A program made the translations under genes and the position numbers. Positions 26,501-44,400 of a DNA stretch of 64,000 nt are shown here, piece by piece (position 1 is the first letter of the stretch; each line of letters opens with the position of its first letter). The stretch spans positions 304,482,001 through 304,546,000 of the forward strand of contig OZ024740.1 in NCBI GenBank assembly GCA_964016885.1, written 5' to 3'. The notes beneath the pieces were generated by a model, which saw only the letters and a program-made list of their open reading frames with translations, was not told where the DNA came from and did no database searches. The DNA is from Eledone cirrhosa. Its lineage: Eukaryota.

Positions 26501-29500
26501 CACTACACCCATCTGTTCACTCAGCGTTGACCTAAACAGCATCAATAACTACTACCACTACACCCATCTGTTCACTTATTGTTGACCTAAACAGCATCAA
26601 TAACTACTACCACTACACCCATCTGTTCACTCATTGTTGACCTAAACAGCATCAATAACTACTACCACTACACCCATCAGTTCACTCATTGTTGACCTAA
26701 ACAGCTTCAATAACTGCTACCACTACACCCATCTGTTCACTCATTGTTGACCTAAACAGTATCAATGACTACTACCACTACACCCATCTGTTCACTCATT
26801 GTTGACCTAAACAGTATCAATAACTACTACCACTACACCCATCTGTTCACTCAGCGTTGACCTAAACAGTATCAATAACTATTACCACTACACCCATCTG
26901 TTCACTCATTGATGACCTAAACAGCATCAATAACTACTACCACTACACCCATCTGTTCACTCATTGTTGACCTAAACAGCATCAATAACTACTACCACTA
27001 CACCCATCTGTTCACTCATTGTTGACCTAAACAGCATCAATAACTACTACCACTACACCCATCTATTCACTCATTGTTGACCTAAACAGCATCAATAACT
27101 ACTACCACTACACCCATCTGTTCACTCATTGTTGACCTAAACAGTATCAATAACTACTACCACTACACCCATCTGTTGACTCATTGTTGACCTAAACAGC
27201 ATCAATAACTACTACCACTACACCCATCTGTTCACTCATTGTTGACCTAAACAGCATAAATAACTACTACCACTACACCCATCTGTTCACTCAGCGTTGA
27301 CCTAAACAGCATCAATAACTACTACCACTACACCCATCTGTTCACTCAGCGTTGACCTAAACAGCATCAATAACTACTACCACTACACCCATCTGTTCAC
27401 TCATTGTTGACCTAAACAGCATCAATAACTGCTACCACTACACCCATCAGTTCACTCATTGTTGACCTAAACAGCATCAACAACTACTACCACTACACCC
27501 ATCTGTTCACTCATTGTTGACCTAAACAGTATCAATAACTGCTACCACTACACCCATCAGTTCACTCATTGTTGACCTAAACAGCATCAATAACTACTAC
27601 CACTACACCCATCTGTTCACTCATTGTTGACCTAAACAGCATAAATAACTACTACCACTACACCCATCTGTTCACTCAGCGTTGACCTAAACAGCATCAA
27701 TAACTACTACCACTACACCCATCTGTTCACTCAGCGTTGACCTAAACAGCATCAATAACTACTACCACTACACCCATCTGTTCACTCAGCGTTCACCTAA
27801 ACAGCATCAATAACTGCTACCACTACACCCATCTGTCACTCATTGTTGACCTAAACAGCATCAACAACTACTACCACTACACCCATCTGTTCACTCATTG
27901 TTCACCTAAACAGCATCAATAACTACTACCACTACACCCATCTGTTCACTCATTGTTTACCTAAACAGCATCAATAACTACTACCACTACACCCATCTGT
28001 TCACTCATGGTTGACCTAAACAGCATCAATAACTACTACCACTACACCCATCTGTTCACTCATTGTTGACCTAAACAGCATCAATAACTACTACCACTAC
28101 ACCCATCTGTTCAATCATGGTTGACCGAAACAGCATCAATAACTACTACCACTACACTCATCTGTTCACTCATTGTTGACCTAAACAGCATCAATAACTA
28201 CTACCACTACACCCATCTGTCACTCATTGTTGACCTAAACAGTATCAATAACTACTACCACTACACCCATCTGTTCACTCATTGTTGACCTAAACAGCAT
28301 CAATAACTACTACCACTACACCCATCTGTTCACTCATTGTTGACCTAAACAGCATCAATAACTACTACCACTACACCCATCTGTTCACTCATTGTTGACC
28401 TAAACAGCATCAACAACTACTACCACTACACCCATCTGTTCAATCATGGTTGACCTAAACAGCATCAATAACTACTACCACTACACCCATCTGTTCACTC
28501 ATTGTTGACCTAAACAGCATCAATAACTACTACCACTACACCCATCTGTTCACTCATTGTTGACCTAAACAGCATCAATAACTGCTACCACTACACCCAT
28601 CTGTTCACTCATTGTTGACCTAAACAGTATCAATAACTATTACCACTACACCCATCTGTTCACTCATTGATGACCTAAACAGCATCAATAACTACTACCA
28701 CTACACCCATCTGTTCACTCATTGTTGACCTAAACAGCATCAATAACTACTACCACTACACCCATCTGTTCACTCATTGTTGACCTAAACTGTATCAATA
28801 ACTACTACCACTACACCCATCTGTTCACTCATTGTTGACCTAAACAGTATCAATAACTACTACCACTACACCCATCTGTTCACTCATTGTTGACCTAAAC
28901 AGTATCAATAACTATTACCACTACACCCATCTGTTCACTCATTGTTGACCTAAACAGCATCAATAACTACTACCACTACACCCATCTGTTCACTCATTGT
29001 TGACCTAAACAGCATCAATAACTGCTACCACTACACCCATCTGTTCACTCATTGTTGACCTAAACAGCATCAATAACTACTACCACTACACCCATCTGTC
29101 CACTCATTGTTGACCTAAACAGCATCAATAACTGCTACCACTACACCCATCTGTTCACTCATTGTTGACCTAAACAGCATCAATAACTACTACCACTACA
29201 CCCATCTGTTCACTCATTGTTGACCTAAACAGTATCAATAACTACTACCACTACACCCATCTGTTCACTCATTGTTGACCTAAACAGCATCAATAACTGC
29301 TACCACTACACCCATCTGTTCACTCATTGTTGACCTAAACAGCATCAATAACTACTACCACTACACCCATCTGTTCACTCAGCGTTGACCTAAACAGCAT
29401 CAATAACTACTACCACTACACCCATCTGTTCACTCATTGTTGACCTCAACAGCATCAATAACTACTACCACTACACCCATCTGTTCACTCATTGTTGACC

Positions 29501-32500
29501 TAAATAGCATCAATAACTACTACCACTACACCCATCTGTTGACTCATTGTTGAGCTAAATAGCATCAATATCTACTACCACTACACCCATCTGTTCACTC
29601 ATTGTTGACCTAAACAGCATCAATAACTACTACCACTACACCCATCTGTTCACTCATTGTTGACCTAAACAGCATCAATAACTACTACCACTACACCCAT
29701 CTGTTCACTCATTGTTGACCTAAACAGCATCAACAACTACTACCACTACACCCATCTGTTCAATCATGGTTGACCTAAACAGCATCAATAACTACTACCA
29801 CTACACCCATCTGTTCACTCATTGTTGACCTAAACAGCATCAATAACTACTACCACTACACCCATCTGTTCACTCATTGTTGACCTAAACAGCATCAATA
29901 ACTGCTACCACTACACCCATCTGTTCACTCATTGTTGACCTAAACAGTATCAATAACTATTACCACTACACCCATCTGTTCACTCATTGATGACCTAAAC
30001 AGCATCAATAACTACTACCACTACACCCATCTGTTCACTCATTGTTGACCTAAACAGCATCAATAACTACTACCACTACACCCATCTGTTCACTCATTGT
30101 TGACCTAAACAGTATCAATAACTACTACCACTACACCCATCTGTTCACTCAGCGTTGACCTAAACAGCATCAATAACTACTACCACTACACCCATCTGTT
30201 CACTCAGCGTTGACCTAAACAGTATCAATAACTGCTACCACTACACCCATCTGTCACTCATTGTTGACCTAAACAGCATCAACAACTACTACCACTACAC
30301 CCATCTGTTCACTCATTGTTCACCTAAACAGCATCAATAACTACTACCACTAGACCCATCTGTTCAATCATGGTTGACCTAAACAGCATCAATAACTACT
30401 ACCACTACACCCATCTGTCACTCATTGTTGACCTAAACAGTATCAATAACTACTACCACTACACCCATCTGTCACTCATTGTTGACCTAAACAGCATCAA
30501 TAACTACTACCACTACACCCATCTGTTCACTCATTGTTGACATAAACAGCATCAATAACTACTACCACTACACCCATCTGTTCACTCATTGTTGACCTAA
30601 ACAGTATCAATAACTACTACCACTACATCCATCAGTTCACTCATTGTTGACCTAAACAGCATCAATAACTACTACCACTACACCCATCTGTTCACTCATT
30701 GTTGACCTAAACAGCATCAATAACTACTACCACTACACCCATCTGTTCACTCAGCGTTGACCTAAACAGCATCAATAACTACTACCACTACACCCATCTG
30801 TTGACTCATTGTTGAGCTAAACAGCATCAATAACTACTACCACTACACCCATCTGTTCACTCATTGTTGACCTAAACAGCATCAATAACTACTACCACTA
30901 CACCCATCTGTTCACTCAGCGTTGACCTAAACAGCATCAATAACTACTACCACTACACCCATCTGTTCACTCATTGTTGACCTAAACAGTATCAATAACT
31001 ACTACCACTACACCCATCTGTTCACTCAGCGTTGACCTAAACAGCATCAATAACTACTACCACTACACCCATCTGTTGACTCATTGTTGAGCTAAATAGC
31101 ATCAATAACTACTACCACTACACCCATCTGTTCACTCATTGTTGACCTAAACAGTATCAATAACTACTACCACTACACCCATCTGTCACTCATTGTTGAC
31201 CTAAACAGTATCAATAACTACTACCACTACACCCATCTGTTCACTCATTGTTGACCTAAACAGTATCAATAACTACTACCACTACACCCATCTGTTCACT
31301 CATTGTTGACCTAAACAGCATCAATAACTACTACCACTACACCCATCTGTTCACTCAGCGTTGACCTAAACAGCATCAATAACTACTACCACTACACCCA
31401 TCTGTTCACTCAGCGTTGACCTAAACAGCATCAATAACTGCTACCACTACACCCATCTGTCACTCATTGTTGACCTAAACAGCATCAACAACTACTACCA
31501 CTACACCCATCTGTTCACTCATTGTTCACCTAAACAGCATCAATAACTACTACCACTAGACCCATCTGTTCAATCATGGTTGACCTAAACAGCATCAATA
31601 ACTACTACCACTACACCCATCTGTCACTCATTGTTGACCTAAACAGTATCAATAACTACTACCACTACACCCATCTGTTCAATCATGGTTGACCGAAACA
31701 GCATCAATAACTACTACCACTACACCCATCTGTTCACTCATTGTTCACCTAAACAGCATCAATAACTACTACCACTACACTCATCTGTTCACTCATTGTT
31801 GACCTAAACAGCATCAATAACTGCTACCACTACACCCATCTGTCACTCATTGTTGACCTAAACAGTATCAATAACTACTACCACTACACCCATCTGTTCA
31901 CTCATTGTTGACCTAAACAGCATCAATAACTACTACCACTACACCCATCTGTTCACTCATTGTTCACCTAAACAGCATCAATAACTACTACCACTACACC
32001 CATCTGTTCACTCATTGTTGACCTAAACAGCATCAATAACTACTACCACTACACCCATCTGTTCACTCATTGTTGACCTAAACAGTATCAATAACTACTA
32101 CCACTACACCCATCTGTTCAATCATGGTTGACCTAAACAGCATCAATAACTACTACCACTACACCCATCTGTTCACTTATTGTTGACCTAAACAGCATCA
32201 ATAACTACTACCACTACACCCATCTGTTCACTCATTGTTGACCTAAACAGCATCAATAACTACTACCACTACACCCATCTGTTCACTCAGCGTTGACCTA
32301 AACAGCATCAACAACTACTACCACTACACCCATCTGTTCACTCATTGTTGACCTAAACAGCATCAATAACTACTACCACTACACCCATCTGTTCACTCAT
32401 TGTTGACCTAAACAGTATCAATAACTACTACCACTACATCCATCAGTTCACTCATTGTTGAATTAAACAGCATCAATAACTACTACCACTACACCCATCT

Positions 32501-34930
32501 GTTCACTCATTGTTGACCTAAACAGCATCAATAACTACTACCACTACACCCATCTGTTCACTCATTGTTGACCTAAACAACATCAATAACTACTACCACT
32601 ACACCCATCTGTTCACTCATTGTTGACCTAAACAGTATCAATAACTACTACCACTACATCCATCAGTTCACTCATTGTTGAATTAAACAGCATCAATAAC
32701 TACTACCACTACACCCATCTGTTCACTCATTGTTGACCTAAACAGCATCAATAACTACTACCACTACACCCATCTGTTCACTCATTGTTGACCTAAACAG
32801 TATCAATAACTACTACCACTACATCCATCAGTTCACTCATTGTTGAATTAAACAGCATCAATAACTACTACCACTACACCCGTCTGTTCACTCAGCGTTG
32901 ACCTAAACAGCATCAATAACTACTACCACTACACCCATCTGTTCACTCATTGTTGACCTAAACAGTATCAATAACTACTACCACTACATCCATCAGTTCA
33001 CTCATTGTTGAATTAAACAGCATCAATAACTACTACCACTACACCCATCTGTTCACTCATTGTTGACATAAACAGCATCAATAACTACTACCACTACACC
33101 CATCTGTTCACTCATTGTTGACCTAAACAGTATCAATAACTACTACCACTACATCCATCAGTTCACTCATTGTTGACCTAAACAGCATCAATAACTACTA
33201 CCACTACACCCATCTGTTCACTCATTGTTGACCTAAACAGCATCAATAACTACTACCACTACACCCATCTGTTCACTCAGCGTTGACCTAAACAGCATCA
33301 GTAACTACTACCACTACACCCATCTGTTCACTTATTGTTGACCTAAACAGCATCAATAACTACTACCACTACACCCATCTGTTCACTCATTGTTGACCTA
33401 AACAGCATCAATAACTACTACCACTACACCCATCAGTTCACTCATTGTTGACCTAAACAGCTTCAATAACTGCTACCACTACACCCATCTGTTCACTCAT
33501 TGTTGACCTAAACAGTATCAATGACTACTACCACTACACCCATCTGTTCACTCATTGTTGACCTAAACAGTATCAATAACTACTACCACTACACCCATCT
33601 GTTCACTCAGCGTTGACCTAAACAGTATCAATAACTATTACCACTACACCCATCTGTTCACTCATTGATGACCTAAACAGCATCAATAACTACTACCACT
33701 ACACCCATCTGTTCACTCATTGTTGACCTAAACAGTATCAATAACTACTACCACTACACCCATCTGTTCACTCATTGTTGACCTAAACAGCATCAATAAC
33801 TACTACCACTACACCCATCTATTCACTCATTGTTGACCTAAACAGCATCAATAACTACTACCACTACACCCATCTGTTCACTCATTGTTGACCTAAACAG
33901 TATCAATAACTACTACCACTACACCCATCTGTTGACTCATTGTTGACCTAAACAGCATCAATAACTACTACCACTACACCCATCTGTTCACTCATTGTTG
34001 ACCTAAACAGCATAAATAACTACTACCACTACACCCATCTGTTCACTCAGCGTTGACCTAAACAGCATCAATAACTACTACCACTACACCCATCTGTTCA
34101 CTCAGCGTTGACCTAAACAGCATCAATAACTACTACCACTACACCCATCTGTTCACTCATTGTTGACCTAAACAGCATCAATAACTGCTACCACTACACC
34201 CATCAGTTCACTCATTGTTGACCTAAACAGCATCAACAACTACTACCACTACACCCATCTGTTCACTCATTGTTGACCTAAACAGTATCAATAACTGCTA
34301 CCACTACACCCATCAGTTCACTCATTGTTGACCTAAACAGCATCAATAACTACTACCACTACACCCATCTGTTCACTCATTGTTGACCTAAACAGCATAA
34401 ATAACTACTACCACTACACCCATCTGTTCACTCAGCGTTGACCTAAACAGCATCAATAACTACTACCACTACACCCATCTGTTCACTCAGCGTTGACCTA
34501 AACAGCATCAATAACTACTACCACTACACCCATCTGTTCACTCAGCGTTCACCTAAACAGCATCAATAACTGCTACCACTACACCCATCTGTCACTCATT
34601 GTTGACCTAAACAGCATCAACAACTACTACCACTACACCCATCTGTTCACTCATTGTTCACCTAAACAGCATCAATAACTACTACCACTACACCCATCTG
34701 TTCACTCATTGTTTACCTAAACAGCATCAATAACTACTACCACTACACCCATCTGTTCACTCATGGTTGACCTAAACAGCATCAATAACTACTACCACTA
34801 CACCCATCTGTTCACTCATTGTTGACCTAAACAGCATCAATAACTACTACCACTACACCCATCTGTTCAATCATGGTTGACCGAAACAGCATCAATAACT
34901 ACTACCACTACACTCATCTGTTCACTCATT
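23570..34930. repeat. ~4.5-kb higher-order block at ~23.6-28.2 kb repeated at ~30.5-34.9 kb (offset ~6.76-6.92 kb)
   Basis: ACAACATC variant at 25824/32580 and AATGAC variant at 26767/33523 (both offset 6756); CTATTC near 27066/33821; GACATA near 23620/30540. The intervening variants are in the same order. Confidence 0.8.
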
Positions 34931-35478
34931 GTTGACCTAAACAGCATCAATAACTGCTACCACTACACCCATCTGTCACTCATTGTTGACCTAAACAGCA
35001 TCAACAACTACTACCACTACACCCATCTGTTCACTCATTGTTCACCTAAACAGCATCAATAACTACTACCACTACACCCATCTGTTCACTCATTGTTTAC
35101 CTAAACAGCATCAATAACTACTACCACTACACCCATCTGTTCACTCATGGTTGACCTAAACAGCATCAATAACTACTACCACTACACCCATCTGTTCACT
35201 CATTGTTGACCTAAACAGCATCAATAACTACTACCACTACACCCATCTGTTCAATCATGGTTGACCGAAACAGCATCAATAACTACTACCACTACACTCA
35301 TCTGTTCACTCATTGTTGACCTAAACAGCATCAATAACTACTACCACTACACCCATCTGTCACTCATTGTTGACCTAAACAGTATCAATAACTACTACCA
35401 CTACACCCATCTGTTCACTCATTGTTGACCTAAACAGCATCAATAACTACTACCACTACACCCATCTGTTCACTCATT

Positions 35479-38400
35479 GTTGACCTAAACAGCATCAATA
35501 ACTACTACCACTACACCCATCTGTTCACTCATTGTTGACCTAAACAGCATCAATAACTACTACCACTACACCCATCTGTTCACTCATTGTTGACCTAAAC
35601 AGCATCAATAACTACTACCACTACACCCATCTGTTCAATCATGGTTGACCGAAACAGCATCAATAACTACTACCACTACACTCATCTGTTCACTCATTGT
35701 TGACCTAAACAGCATCAATAACTACTACCACTACACCCATCTGTCACTCATTGTTGACCTAAACAGTATCAATAACTACTACCACTACACCCATCTGTTC
35801 ACTCATTGTTGACCTAAACAGCATCAATAACTACTACCACTACACCCATCTGTTCACTCATGGTTGACCTAAACAGCATCAATAACTACTACCACTACAC
35901 CCATCTGTTCACTCATTGTTGACCTAAACAGCATCAATAACTACTACCACTACACCCATCTGTTCAATCATGGTTGACCGAAACAGCATCAATAACTACT
36001 ACCACTACACTCATCTGTTCACTCATTGTTGACCTAAACAGCATCAATAACTACTACCACTACACCCATCTGTCACTCATTGTTGACCTAAACAGTATCA
36101 ATAACTACTACCACTACACCCATCTGTTCACTCATTGTTGACCTAAACAGCATCAATAACTACTACCACTACACCCATCTGTTCACTCATTGTTGACCTA
36201 AACAGCATCAATAACTACTACCACTACACCCATCTGTTCACTCATTGTTGACCTAAACAGCATCAATAACTACTACCACTACACCCATCTGTTCACTCAT
36301 TGTTGACCTAAACAGCATCAACAACTACTACCACTACACCCATCTGTTCACTCATTGTTGACCTAAACAGTATCAATAACTACTACCACTACACCCATCT
36401 GTTCACTCATTGTTGACCTAAACAGTATCAATAACTATTACCACTACACCCATCTGTTCACTCATTGTTGACCTAAACAGCATCAATAACTGCTACCACT
36501 ACACCCATCTGTTCACTCATTGTTGACCTAAACAGTATCAATAACTATTACCACTACACCCATCTGTTCACTCATTGATGACCTAAACAGCATCAATAAC
36601 TACTACCACTACACCCATCTGTCCACTCATTGTTGACCTAAACAGCATCAATAACTACTACCACTACACCCATCTGTTCACTCATTGTTCACCTAAACAG
36701 CATCAATAACTACTACCACTACACCCATCTGTTCACTCATTGTTGACCTAAACAGTATCAATAACTACTACCACTACACCCATCTGTTCACTCATTGTTG
36801 ACCTAAACAGCATCAATAACTGCTACCACTACACCCATCTGTTCACTCATTGTTGACCTAAACAGCATCAATAACTACTACCACTACACCCATCTGTTCA
36901 CTCAGCGTTGACCTAAACAGCATCAATAACTACTACCACTACACCCATCTGTTCACTCATTGTTGACCTAAACAGCATCAATAACTACTACCACTACACC
37001 CATCTGTTCACTCATTGTTGACCTAAACAGCATCAATAACTACTACCACTACACCCATCTGTTCACTCATTGTTGACCTAAATAGCATCAATAACTACTA
37101 CCACTACACCCATCTGTTCACTCATTGTTGACCTAAACAGCATCAATAACTGCTACCACTACACCCATCTGTTGACTCATTGTTGAGCTAAACAGCATCA
37201 ATAACTACTACCACTACACCCATCTGTTCACTCATTGTTGACCTAAACAGCATCAATAACTGCTACCACTACACCCATCTGTTCACTCATTGTTGACCTA
37301 AACAGCATCAATAACTACTACCACTACACCCATCTGTCCACTCATTGTTGACCTAAACAGCATCAATAACTGCTACCACTACACCCATCTGTTCACTCAT
37401 TGTTGACCTAAACAGCATCAATAACTACTACCACTACACCCATCTGTTCACTCATTGTTGACCTAAACAGTATCAATAACTACTACCACTACACCCATCT
37501 GTTCACTCATTGTTGACCTAAACAGCATCAATAACTGCTACCACTACACCCATCTGTTCACTCATTGTTGACCTAAACAGCATCAATAACTACTACCACT
37601 ACACCCATCTGTTCACTCAGCGTTGACCTAAACAGCATCAATAACTACTACCACTACACCCATCTGTTCACTCATTGTTGACCTCAACAGCATCAATAAC
37701 TACTACCACTACACCCATCTGTTCACTCATTGTTGACCTAAATAGCATCAATAACTACTACCACTACACCCATCTGTTGACTCATTGTTGAGCTAAATAG
37801 CATCAATATCTACTACCACTACACCCATCTGTTCACTCATTGTTGACCTAAACAGTATCAATAAATACTACCACTACATCCATCAGTTCACTCATTGTTG
37901 ACCTAAACAGCATCAATAACTACTACCACTACACCCATCTGTTCACTCATTGTTGACCTAAACAGCATCAACAACTACTACCACTACACCCATCTGTTCA
38001 CTCAGCGTTGACCTAAACAGCATCAATAACTACTACCACTACACCCATCTTTTCACTCATTGTTGACCTAAACAGCATCAATAACTACTACCACTACACC
38101 CATCTGTTCACTCATTGTTGACCTAAACAGCATCAATAACTACTACCACTACACCCATCTGTTCACTCATTGTTGACCTAAACAGCATCAATAACTACTA
38201 CCACTACACCCATCTGTTCACTCAGCGTTGACCTAAACAGCATCAATAACTACTACCACTACACCCATCTGTCCACTCATTGTTGACCTAAACAGCATCA
38301 ATAACTGCTACCACTACACCCATCTGTTCACTCATTGTTGAGCTAAATAGTATCAATAACTACTACCACTACACCCATCTGCTCACTCATTGTTGACCTA

Positions 38401-41400
38401 AACAGTATCATTAACTACTACCACTACACCCATCTGTTCACTCATTGTTGACCTAAACAGCATCAATAACTGCTACCACTACACCCATCTGTTCACTCAT
38501 TGTTGACCTAAACAGCATCAATAACTACTACCACTACACCCATCTGTTCACTCAGCGTTGACCTAAACAGCATCAATAACTACTACCACTACACCCATCT
38601 GTTCACTCATTGTTGACCTAAATAGCATCAATAACTACTACCACTACACCCATCTGTTCACTCATTGTTGACCTAAATAGCATCAATAACTACTACCACT
38701 ACACCCATCTGTTGACTCATTGTTGAGCTAAATAGCATCAATAACTACTACCACTACACCCATCTGTTCACTCATTGTTGACCTAAACAGCATCAATAAC
38801 TGCTACCACTACACCCATCTGTTCACTCATTGTTGACCTAAACAGCATCAATAACTACTACCACTACACCCATCTGTTCACTCATTGTTGACCTAAACAG
38901 CATCAACAACTACTACCACTACACCCATCTGTTCACTCATTGTTGACCTAAACAGCATCAATAACTACTACCACTACACCCATCTGTCCACTCATTGTTG
39001 ACCTAAACAGCATCAATAACTGCTACCACTACACCCATCTGTTCACTCATTGTTGACCTAAACAGCATCAATAACTACTACCACTACACCCATCTGTTCA
39101 CTCATTGTTGACCTAAACAGTATCAATAACTACTACCACTACACCCATCTGTTCACTCATTGTTGACCTAAACAGCATCAATAACTGCTACCACTACACC
39201 CATCTGTTCACTCATTGTTGACCTAAACAGCATCAATAACTACTACCACTACACCCATCTGTTCACTCAGCGTTGACCTAAACAACATCAATAACTACTA
39301 CCACTACACCCATCTGTTCACTCATTGTTGACCTCAACAGCATCAATAACTACTACCACTACACCCATCTGTTCACTCATTGTTGACCTAAATAGCATCA
39401 ATAACTACTATCACTACACCCATCTGTTGACTCATTGTTGAGCTAAATAGCATCAATATCTACTACCACTACACCCATCTGTTCACTCATTGTTGACCTA
39501 AACAGTATCAATAAATACTACCACTACATCCATCAGTTCACTCATTGTTGACCTAAACAGCATCAATAACTACTACCACTACACCCATCTGTTCACTCAT
39601 TGTTGACCTAAACAGCATCAACAACTACTACCACTACACCCATCTGTTCACTCAGCGTTGACCTAAACAGCATCAATAACTACTACCACTACACCCATCT
39701 GTTCACTCATTGTTGACCTAAACAGCATCAATAACTACTACCACTACACCCATCTGTTCACTCATTGTTGACCTAAACAGCATCAATAACTACTACCACT
39801 ACACCCATCTGTTCACTCATTGTTGACCTAAACAGCATCAATAACTACTACCACTACACCCATCTGTTCACTCAGCGTTGACCTAAACAGCATCAATAAC
39901 TACTACCACTACACCCATCTGTTCACTCATTGTTGACCTAAATAGCATCAATAACTACTACCACTACACCCATCTGTTCACTCATTGTTGACCTAAACAG
40001 CATCAATAACTGCTACCACTACACCCATCTGTTGACTCATTGTTGAGCTAAACAGCATCAATAACTACTACCACTACACCCATCTGTTCACTCATTGTTG
40101 ACCTAAACAGCATCAATAACTACTACCACTACACCCATCTGTTCACTCAGCGTTGACCTAAACAGCATCAACAACTACTACCACTACACCCATCTGTTCA
40201 CTCATTGTTGACCTAAACAGCATCAATAACTACTACCACTACACCCATCTGTTCACTCATTGTTGACCTAAACAGTATCAATAACTACTACCACTACATC
40301 CATCAGTTCACTCATTGTTGAATTAAACAGCATCAATAACTACTACCACTACACCCATCTGTTCACTCATTGTTGACCTAAACAGCATCAATAACTACTA
40401 CCACTACACCCATCTGTTCACTCATTGTTGACCTAAACAGCATCAATAACTACTACCACTACACCCATCTGTTCACTCATTGTTGACCTAAACAGTATCA
40501 ATAACTACTACCACTACATCCATCAGTTCACTCATTGTTGAATTAAACAGCATCAATAACTACTACCACTACACCCATCTGTTCACTCATTGTTGACCTA
40601 AACAGCATCAATAACTACTACCACTACACCCATCTGTTCACTCATTGTTGACCTAAACAGTATCAATAACTACTACCACTACATCCATCAGTTCACTCAT
40701 TGTTGACCTAAACAGCATCAATAACTACTACCACTACACCCATCTGTTCACTCATTGTTGACCTAAACAGCATCAATAACTACTACCACTACACCCATCT
40801 GTTCACTCAGCGTTGACCTAAACAGCATCAATAACTACTACCACTACACCCATCTGTTGACTCATTGTTGAGCTAAACAGTATCAATAACTACTACCACT
40901 ACACCCATCTGTTCACTCATTGTTGACCTAAACAGCATCAATAACTACTACCACTACACCCATCTGTTCACTCAGCGTTGACCTAAACAGCATCAATAAC
41001 TACTACCACTACACCCATCTGTTGACTCATTGTTGAGCTAAACAGCATCAATAACTACTACCACTACACCCATCTGTTCACTCATTGTTGACCTAAACAG
41101 CATCAATAACTACTACCACTACACCCATCTGTTCACTCAGCGTTGACCTAAACAGCATCAATAACTACTACCACTACACCCATCTGTTGACTCATTGTTG
41201 AGCTAAATAGCATCAATAACTACTACCACTACACCCATCTGTTCACTCATTGTTGACCTAAACAGTATCAATAACTACTACCATTACACCCATCTGTCAC
41301 TCATTGTTGACCTAAACAGTATCAATAACTACTACCACTACACCCATCTGTTCACTCATTGTTGACCTAAACAGTATCAATAACTACTACCACTACACCC

Positions 41401-44400
41401 ATCTGTTCACTCATTGTTGACCTAAACAGCATCAATAACTACTACCACTACACCCATCTGTTCACTCAGCGTTGACCTAAACAGCATCAATAACTACTAC
41501 CACTACACCCATCTGTTCACTCAGCGTTGACCTAAACAGCATCAATAACTGCTACCACTACACCCATCTGTCACTCATTGTTGACCTAAACAGCATCAAC
41601 AACTACTACCACTACACCCATCTGTTCACTCATTGTTCACCTAAACAGCATCAATAACTACTACCACTAGACCCATCTGTTCAATCATGGTTGACCTAAA
41701 CAGCATCAATAACTACTACCACTACACCCATCTGTTCACTCATTGTTGACCTAAACAGCATCAATAACTACTACCACTACACCCATCTGTTCACTCATTG
41801 TTGACCTAAACAGCATCAATAACTACTACCACTACACCCATCTGTTCAATCATGGTTGACCGAAACAGCATCAATAACTACTACCACTACACTCATCTGT
41901 TCACTCATTGTTGACCTAAACAGCATCAATAACTACTACCACTACACCCATCTGTCACTCATTGTTGACCTAAACAGTATCAATAACTACTACCACTACA
42001 CCCATCTGTTCACTCATTGTTGACCTAAACAGCATCAATAACTACTACCACTACACCCATCTGTTCACTCATGGTTGACCTAAACAGCATCAATAACTAC
42101 TACCACTACACCCATCTGTTCACTCATTGTTGACCTAAACAGCATCAATAACTACTACCACTACACCCATCTGTTCAATCATGGTTGACCGAAACAGCAT
42201 CAATAACTACTACCACTACACTCATCTGTTCACTCATTGTTGACCTAAACAGCATCAATAACTACTACCACTACACCCATCTGTCACTCATTGTTGACCT
42301 AAACAGTATCAATAACTACTACCACTACACCCATCTGTTCACTCATTGTTGACCTAAACAGCATCAATAACTACTACCACTACACCCATCTGTTCACTCA
42401 TTGTTGACCTAAACAGCATCAATAACTACTACCACTACACCCATCTGTTCACTCATTGTTGACCTAAACAGCATCAATAACTACTACCACTACACCCATC
42501 TGTTCACTCATTGTTGACCTAAACAGCATCAACAACTACTACCACTACACCCATCTGTTCACTCATTGTTGACCTAAACAGTATCAATAACTACTACCAC
42601 TACACCCATCTGTTCACTCATTGTTGACCTAAACAGTATCAATAACTATTACCACTACACCCATCTGTTCACTCATTGTTGACCTAAACAGCATCAATAA
42701 CTGCTACCACTACACCCATCTGTTCACTCATTGTTGACCTAAACAGTATCAATAACTATTACCACTACACCCATCTGTTCACTCATTGATGACCTAAACA
42801 GCATCAATAACTACTACCACTACACCCATCTGTCCACTCATTGTTGACCTAAACAGCATCAATAACTACTACCACTACACCCATCTGTTCACTCATTGTT
42901 CACCTAAACAGCATCAATAACTACTACCACTACACCCATCTGTTCACTCATTGTTGACCTAAACAGTATCAATAACTACTACCACTACACCCATCTGTTC
43001 ACTCATTGTTGACCTAAACAGCATCAATAACTGCTACCACTACACCCATCTGTTCACTCATTGTTGACCTAAACAGCATCAATAACTACTACCACTACAC
43101 CCATCTGTTCACTCAGCGTTGACCTAAACAGCATCAATAACTACTACCACTACACCCATCTGTTCACTCATTGTTGACCTCAACAGCATCAATAACTACT
43201 ACCACTACACCCATCTGTTCACTCATTGTTGACCTAAACAGCATCAATAACTACTACCACTACACCCATCTGTTCACTCATTGTTGACCTAAATAGCATC
43301 AATAACTACTACCACTACACCCATCTGTTCACTCATTGTTGACCTAAACAGCATCAATAACTGCTACCACTACACCCATCTGTTGACTCATTGTTGAGCT
43401 AAACAGCATCAATAACTACTACCACTACACCCATCTGTTCACTCATTGTTGACCTAAACAGCATCAATAACTGCTACCACTACACCCATCTGTTCACTCA
43501 TTGTTGACCTAAACAGCATCAATAACTACTACCACTACACCCATCTGTCCACTCATTGTTGACCTAAACAGCATCAATAACTGCTACCACTACACCCATC
43601 TGTTCACTCATTGTTGACCTAAACAGCATCAATAACTACTACCACTACACCCATCTGTTCACTCATTGTTGACCTAAACAGTATCAATAACTACTACCAC
43701 TACACCCATCTGTTCACTCATTGTTGACCTAAACAGCATCAATAACTGCTACCACTACACCCATCTGTTCACTCATTGTTGACCTAAACAGCATCAATAA
43801 CTACTACCACTACACCCATCTGTTCACTCAGCGTTGACCTAAACAGCATCAATAACTACTACCACTACACCCATCTGTTCACTCATTGTTGACCTCAACA
43901 GCATCAATAACTACTACCACTACACCCATCTGTTCACTCATTGTTGACCTAAATAGCATCAATAACTACTACCACTACACCCATCTGTTGACTCATTGTT
44001 GAGCTAAATAGCATCAATATCTACTACCACTACACCCATCTGTTCACTCATTGTTGACCTAAACAGTATCAATAAATACTACCACTACATCCATCAGTTC
44101 ACTCATTGTTGACCTAAACAGCATCAATAACTACTACCACTACACCCATCTGTTCACTCATTGTTGACCTAAACAGCATCAACAACTACTACCACTACAC
44201 CCATCTGTTCACTCAGCGTTGACCTAAACAGCATCAATAACTACTACCACTACACCCATCTTTTCACTCATTGTTGACCTAAACAGCATCAATAACTACT
44301 ACCACTACACCCATCTGTTCACTCATTGTTGACCTAAACAGCATCAACAACTACTACCACTACACCCATCTGTTCACTCAGCGTTGACCTAAACAGCATC

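Noticed and set aside
34877-35062. 61-aa ORF inside the satellite
   Set aside because: Chance combination of ACCGAAA, 54-bp and GTTCAC variants removing stops; TTG start; no independent coding signal.
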